NCBI GenBank assembly: GCA_951406725.2
Contig: OX597838.1
Span: forward strand, 31,558,001 to 31,622,000
Direction: 5' to 3'
DNA from: Octopus vulgaris
Lineage: Eukaryota
DNA length: 64,000 nt
The position numbers were made by a program, and so were the translations under genes. The notes below the pieces were generated by a model, which ran no database searches, was not told the origin of the DNA, and saw only the letters and a list, made by a program, of their open reading frames with translations. Positions within the stretch are counted from its first letter, which is position 1. Each line of letters opens with the position of its first letter. Of this stretch, positions 61,231-64,000 are shown piece after piece.

Positions 61231-62745
61231 AATGCTGTCTGTGTTGTGTTCACTTTCTCTGGTTCTGCTGTTGTTGAGTGGTTCTTTATGTCTATAAAAC
61301 ATTCAGAATTGGAAGGAAGGAAGGAAAACAGACATTGCTATGAATATGTTTGACATGATTTGTGCTTCAGCAGGGATGAAGTGTGTTAGGTGGATGGGGA
61401 GCAGCAAACAATTTATTTGACTGCAGCAATAGTTGATGTTATATAGCCTTGCTGTCTAAGATAAAACATAAGGAATGGGTGGGATGGGTGCTGTAGGAGG
61501 AGCTACCACAGAAAATCAGTCAGTTTTTATAGCTTTCCTTAAGAATTTACAGAAATTATAACATTAGCAGGGGTGGGGGAGTATTGAATAGCTTGGAGTG
61601 AAGTCTATTTGAAGACTCAGAGAACAGTGTCACTGCGTGTCTAGTTTTTCTTGTCGAAATATACATTATGGCATCATCATCTCTGCTGGAGAAAGAAAGA
61701 CCAAGGAAGAACAAACAGAAAACAATGATTATATGGAGAGGGAATCCAGGTTAGTCTCTTTAACCTGGTGCTTTCAACTGTCTCTCTTCACCAGATCATG
61801 AATATTTGTAGGGATCGTTGGTGCAAATTGACTTAGGGTTAAATGAATATCTTGTTGAAATTGTGCAATTGCAGCAATATCTGCTTTTTGGATAGGAAAA
61901 TGTAAGCACAGTGATGTTCCTTGCCATTGGGTACAATACAAAATTTCAACTATTCTGGGACCATGACTCGTGTGTCTCCTCCTCCTCCTCCTCCCTCTAA
62001 CCCCCCTGGGGGGACATATTATGTCCACTCCTTCAGATCCTGCATTAACTGCAATGCCTAGTTCTTCTGCCACAGAACATTATCCCACTTGAATTTTCTT
62101 CCTGCTCATATTTTCCCTGTAGCTTTCCCCTTGCAACTATTCTATGGGGAAAGCAGAACATTAACTGCGCCGATCTTGCCGTTTGTGTCCAGGGAGCAAT
62201 GACAGTGGATATACATATATTAGGCAATGAGCAAAAAAAAAAAAAAAAAAAAAGAAGACAGTATGGGAGGGACAAGTTTGTTTAAATTAAAAAGAAAGGG
62301 AAGTCTTGCTTTTTCAGAAAAAAATAAAATAATAAAAGAATGAGAAAAGGTGGTAGGAAAAATAAAAAAGAATGAGAAATGCTGGTTGGGGAAAAAAGGG
62401 TGAATTAGGGAGCAGAGCCCCTTCTGCTAGACTATAAAAAAAAATAAATGAAACTGGTAGTGCTTCAGCATGGCCGCAGCCTCAAGGCTGAAGCATATAA
62501 AAGAATAAACCCAAAACAATTCATTTTCAAAATAACTGACATTAGAAGAGCATTGTAGCTCTCTGTCTTCATTATTTTGTTAACTACGATGTTGTTGTTT
62601 AACGTTCAGATCAGGGCTGTTCAAGCAGATCTGTGATCAGTGAGTGTTTCTGGTGAGACCATCTCATCATATTTTTCAATATGTTCTTTCCTTTTGAAGA
62701 CAGAGTGTGATTTGTGGGGAGATTTGGCTACTATTCTATCAAATT

Positions 62746-63130
62746 GTGGAAGCACTCCGTCGGTTACGACGACGAGGGTTCCGGTTGATCCGAATCAACG
62801 GAACAGCCTGCTCGTGAAATTAATGTGTAAGTGGCTGAGCACTCCACAGACACGTGTACCCTTAACGTAGTTCTCGGGGATATTCAGCGTGACACAGAGA
62901 GTGACAAGGCCGGCCCATTGAAATACAGGTACAATAGAAACAGGAAGTAAGAGTGAGAGAAAGTTGTGGTGAAAGAGTACAGCAGGGATCACCACCATCC
63001 CCTGCCGGAGCCTCGTGGAGCTTTAGGTGTTTTCGGTCAATAAACACTCACAACGCCCAGTCTGGGAATCGAAACCGCGATTCTATGACCGCGAGTCCGC
63101 TGCCCTAACCACTGGGCCATTGCGCCTCCA
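62746..63130 (-). mobile_element. tRNA(Arg-like)-derived SINE family D, subtype 2 (different 3' half)
   Basis: Same head as 40663 for ~165 bp, then an unrelated body; 15-bp TSD ctattctatcaaatt at 62731-62745 and 63131-63145; inserted in a family G repeat. Confidence 0.92.
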
Positions 63131-63761
63131 CTATTCTATCAAATTAAACTGGTGTTTAGAAAATTACATTACAAAAGATACATTTTACTTATCGAATCCT
63201 TTGAATAACAAAACATTTTACCCTTTCATTGGTTTCAGTACTGGATTGCAACGATGCTGGGGCACAGTAGGCAAGGAATCTGCTCAATCACTTTAACCTC
63301 GGTACTTTATCTAGCTGTCATTTTATTGAATCACTAAGTTTACCAGAGTCACACCCTTGCAGGGAGTTATCTCCTTCTTCACAAACTTAAATATGATAAG
63401 GTAGTTATACTGGTATGCACACACACACACACATGTAATAAATGGTTTTCTCTGTGTTGGTCTTCATTGACAGAAATTATTCAGTGAAATTGATAACTTT
63501 GGATAAGTTTGTATGCAAAGAAGCATCTGATGCTTTAGGAGTATGTGTGTATATGATAGGCTTCTACACAGTTTCCGTTACCAAATGTCATTCATAAGGC
63601 ATTGGTCAATTGCAGTCTAAATGAATAAACTCAAAAGTGCTGTGCTGTGTATTGGAACCAGAGTTATGTGATTGTGAAGCAAATTTCTTTCCCACTCGGC
63701 CATGCCATTACCCATTTTGATCAAGATTTTAATTTAAATGTGAGCTTTTAAATGTCTTTAA

Positions 63762-63982
63762 CCATTTAGTGTTCACATTATTCTACCCAAATTAATTCTT
63801 TTTCATCCACTTTGTTTTGAACTAATCATGGATTATCTTGTAGCCATGAGATTTTGATGAGGTAGCTGTTAATTTTTAAAACGATATTGTAGGGTTGGTG
63901 TGAGAGACCAGATCTGGCCAGTTTGAACATAAAACAGGCAGAATACTTTTGGCTGGATATGGCCAGTTTAAATGCTAAAGAG
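63762..63982 (-). mobile_element. MITE family F (piggyBac-like)
   Basis: TTAA at 63758-63761 and 63983-63986; body is the reverse complement of the other F copies. Confidence 0.8.
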
Positions 63983-64000
63983 TTAAATTGTGAACATCAT

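Overview
AT-rich, repeat-dense eukaryotic DNA with no host protein-coding exon I can support; most likely intronic or intergenic. The SINE families, microsatellite load and RTE/mariner relics look like an octopus (coleoid cephalopod) genome; this is inferred from remembered repeat families, not a database hit. Family letters A-G are my own labels. Contents: (i) four tRNA-derived SINE families (B, C, D, E), several with clean target-site duplications (TSDs); (ii) many 5'-truncated RTE-clade LINE fragments, including a BovB-like open C-terminus, two 5'-inverted copies, and 'family A', which appears to be an RTE 3' UTR with an internal minisatellite; (iii) a decayed mariner with both TIRs, a mariner-derived foldback, TA-, TTAA- and hAT-type MITEs, a Tigger-like element and a non-autonomous Helitron; (iv) an unclassified ~200-bp dispersed repeat (G); (v) long microsatellites that create most ORFs in the ORF track. 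The most notable signal is a candidate minimal type I hammerhead ribozyme on the minus strand at 31565-31614. It has a swapped G3-C8 core pair and a palindromic stem III, and lies in a ~206-bp insert, suggesting a Penelope-like or retrozyme-type element. All calls are by eye; coordinates of degenerate repeats are approximate.
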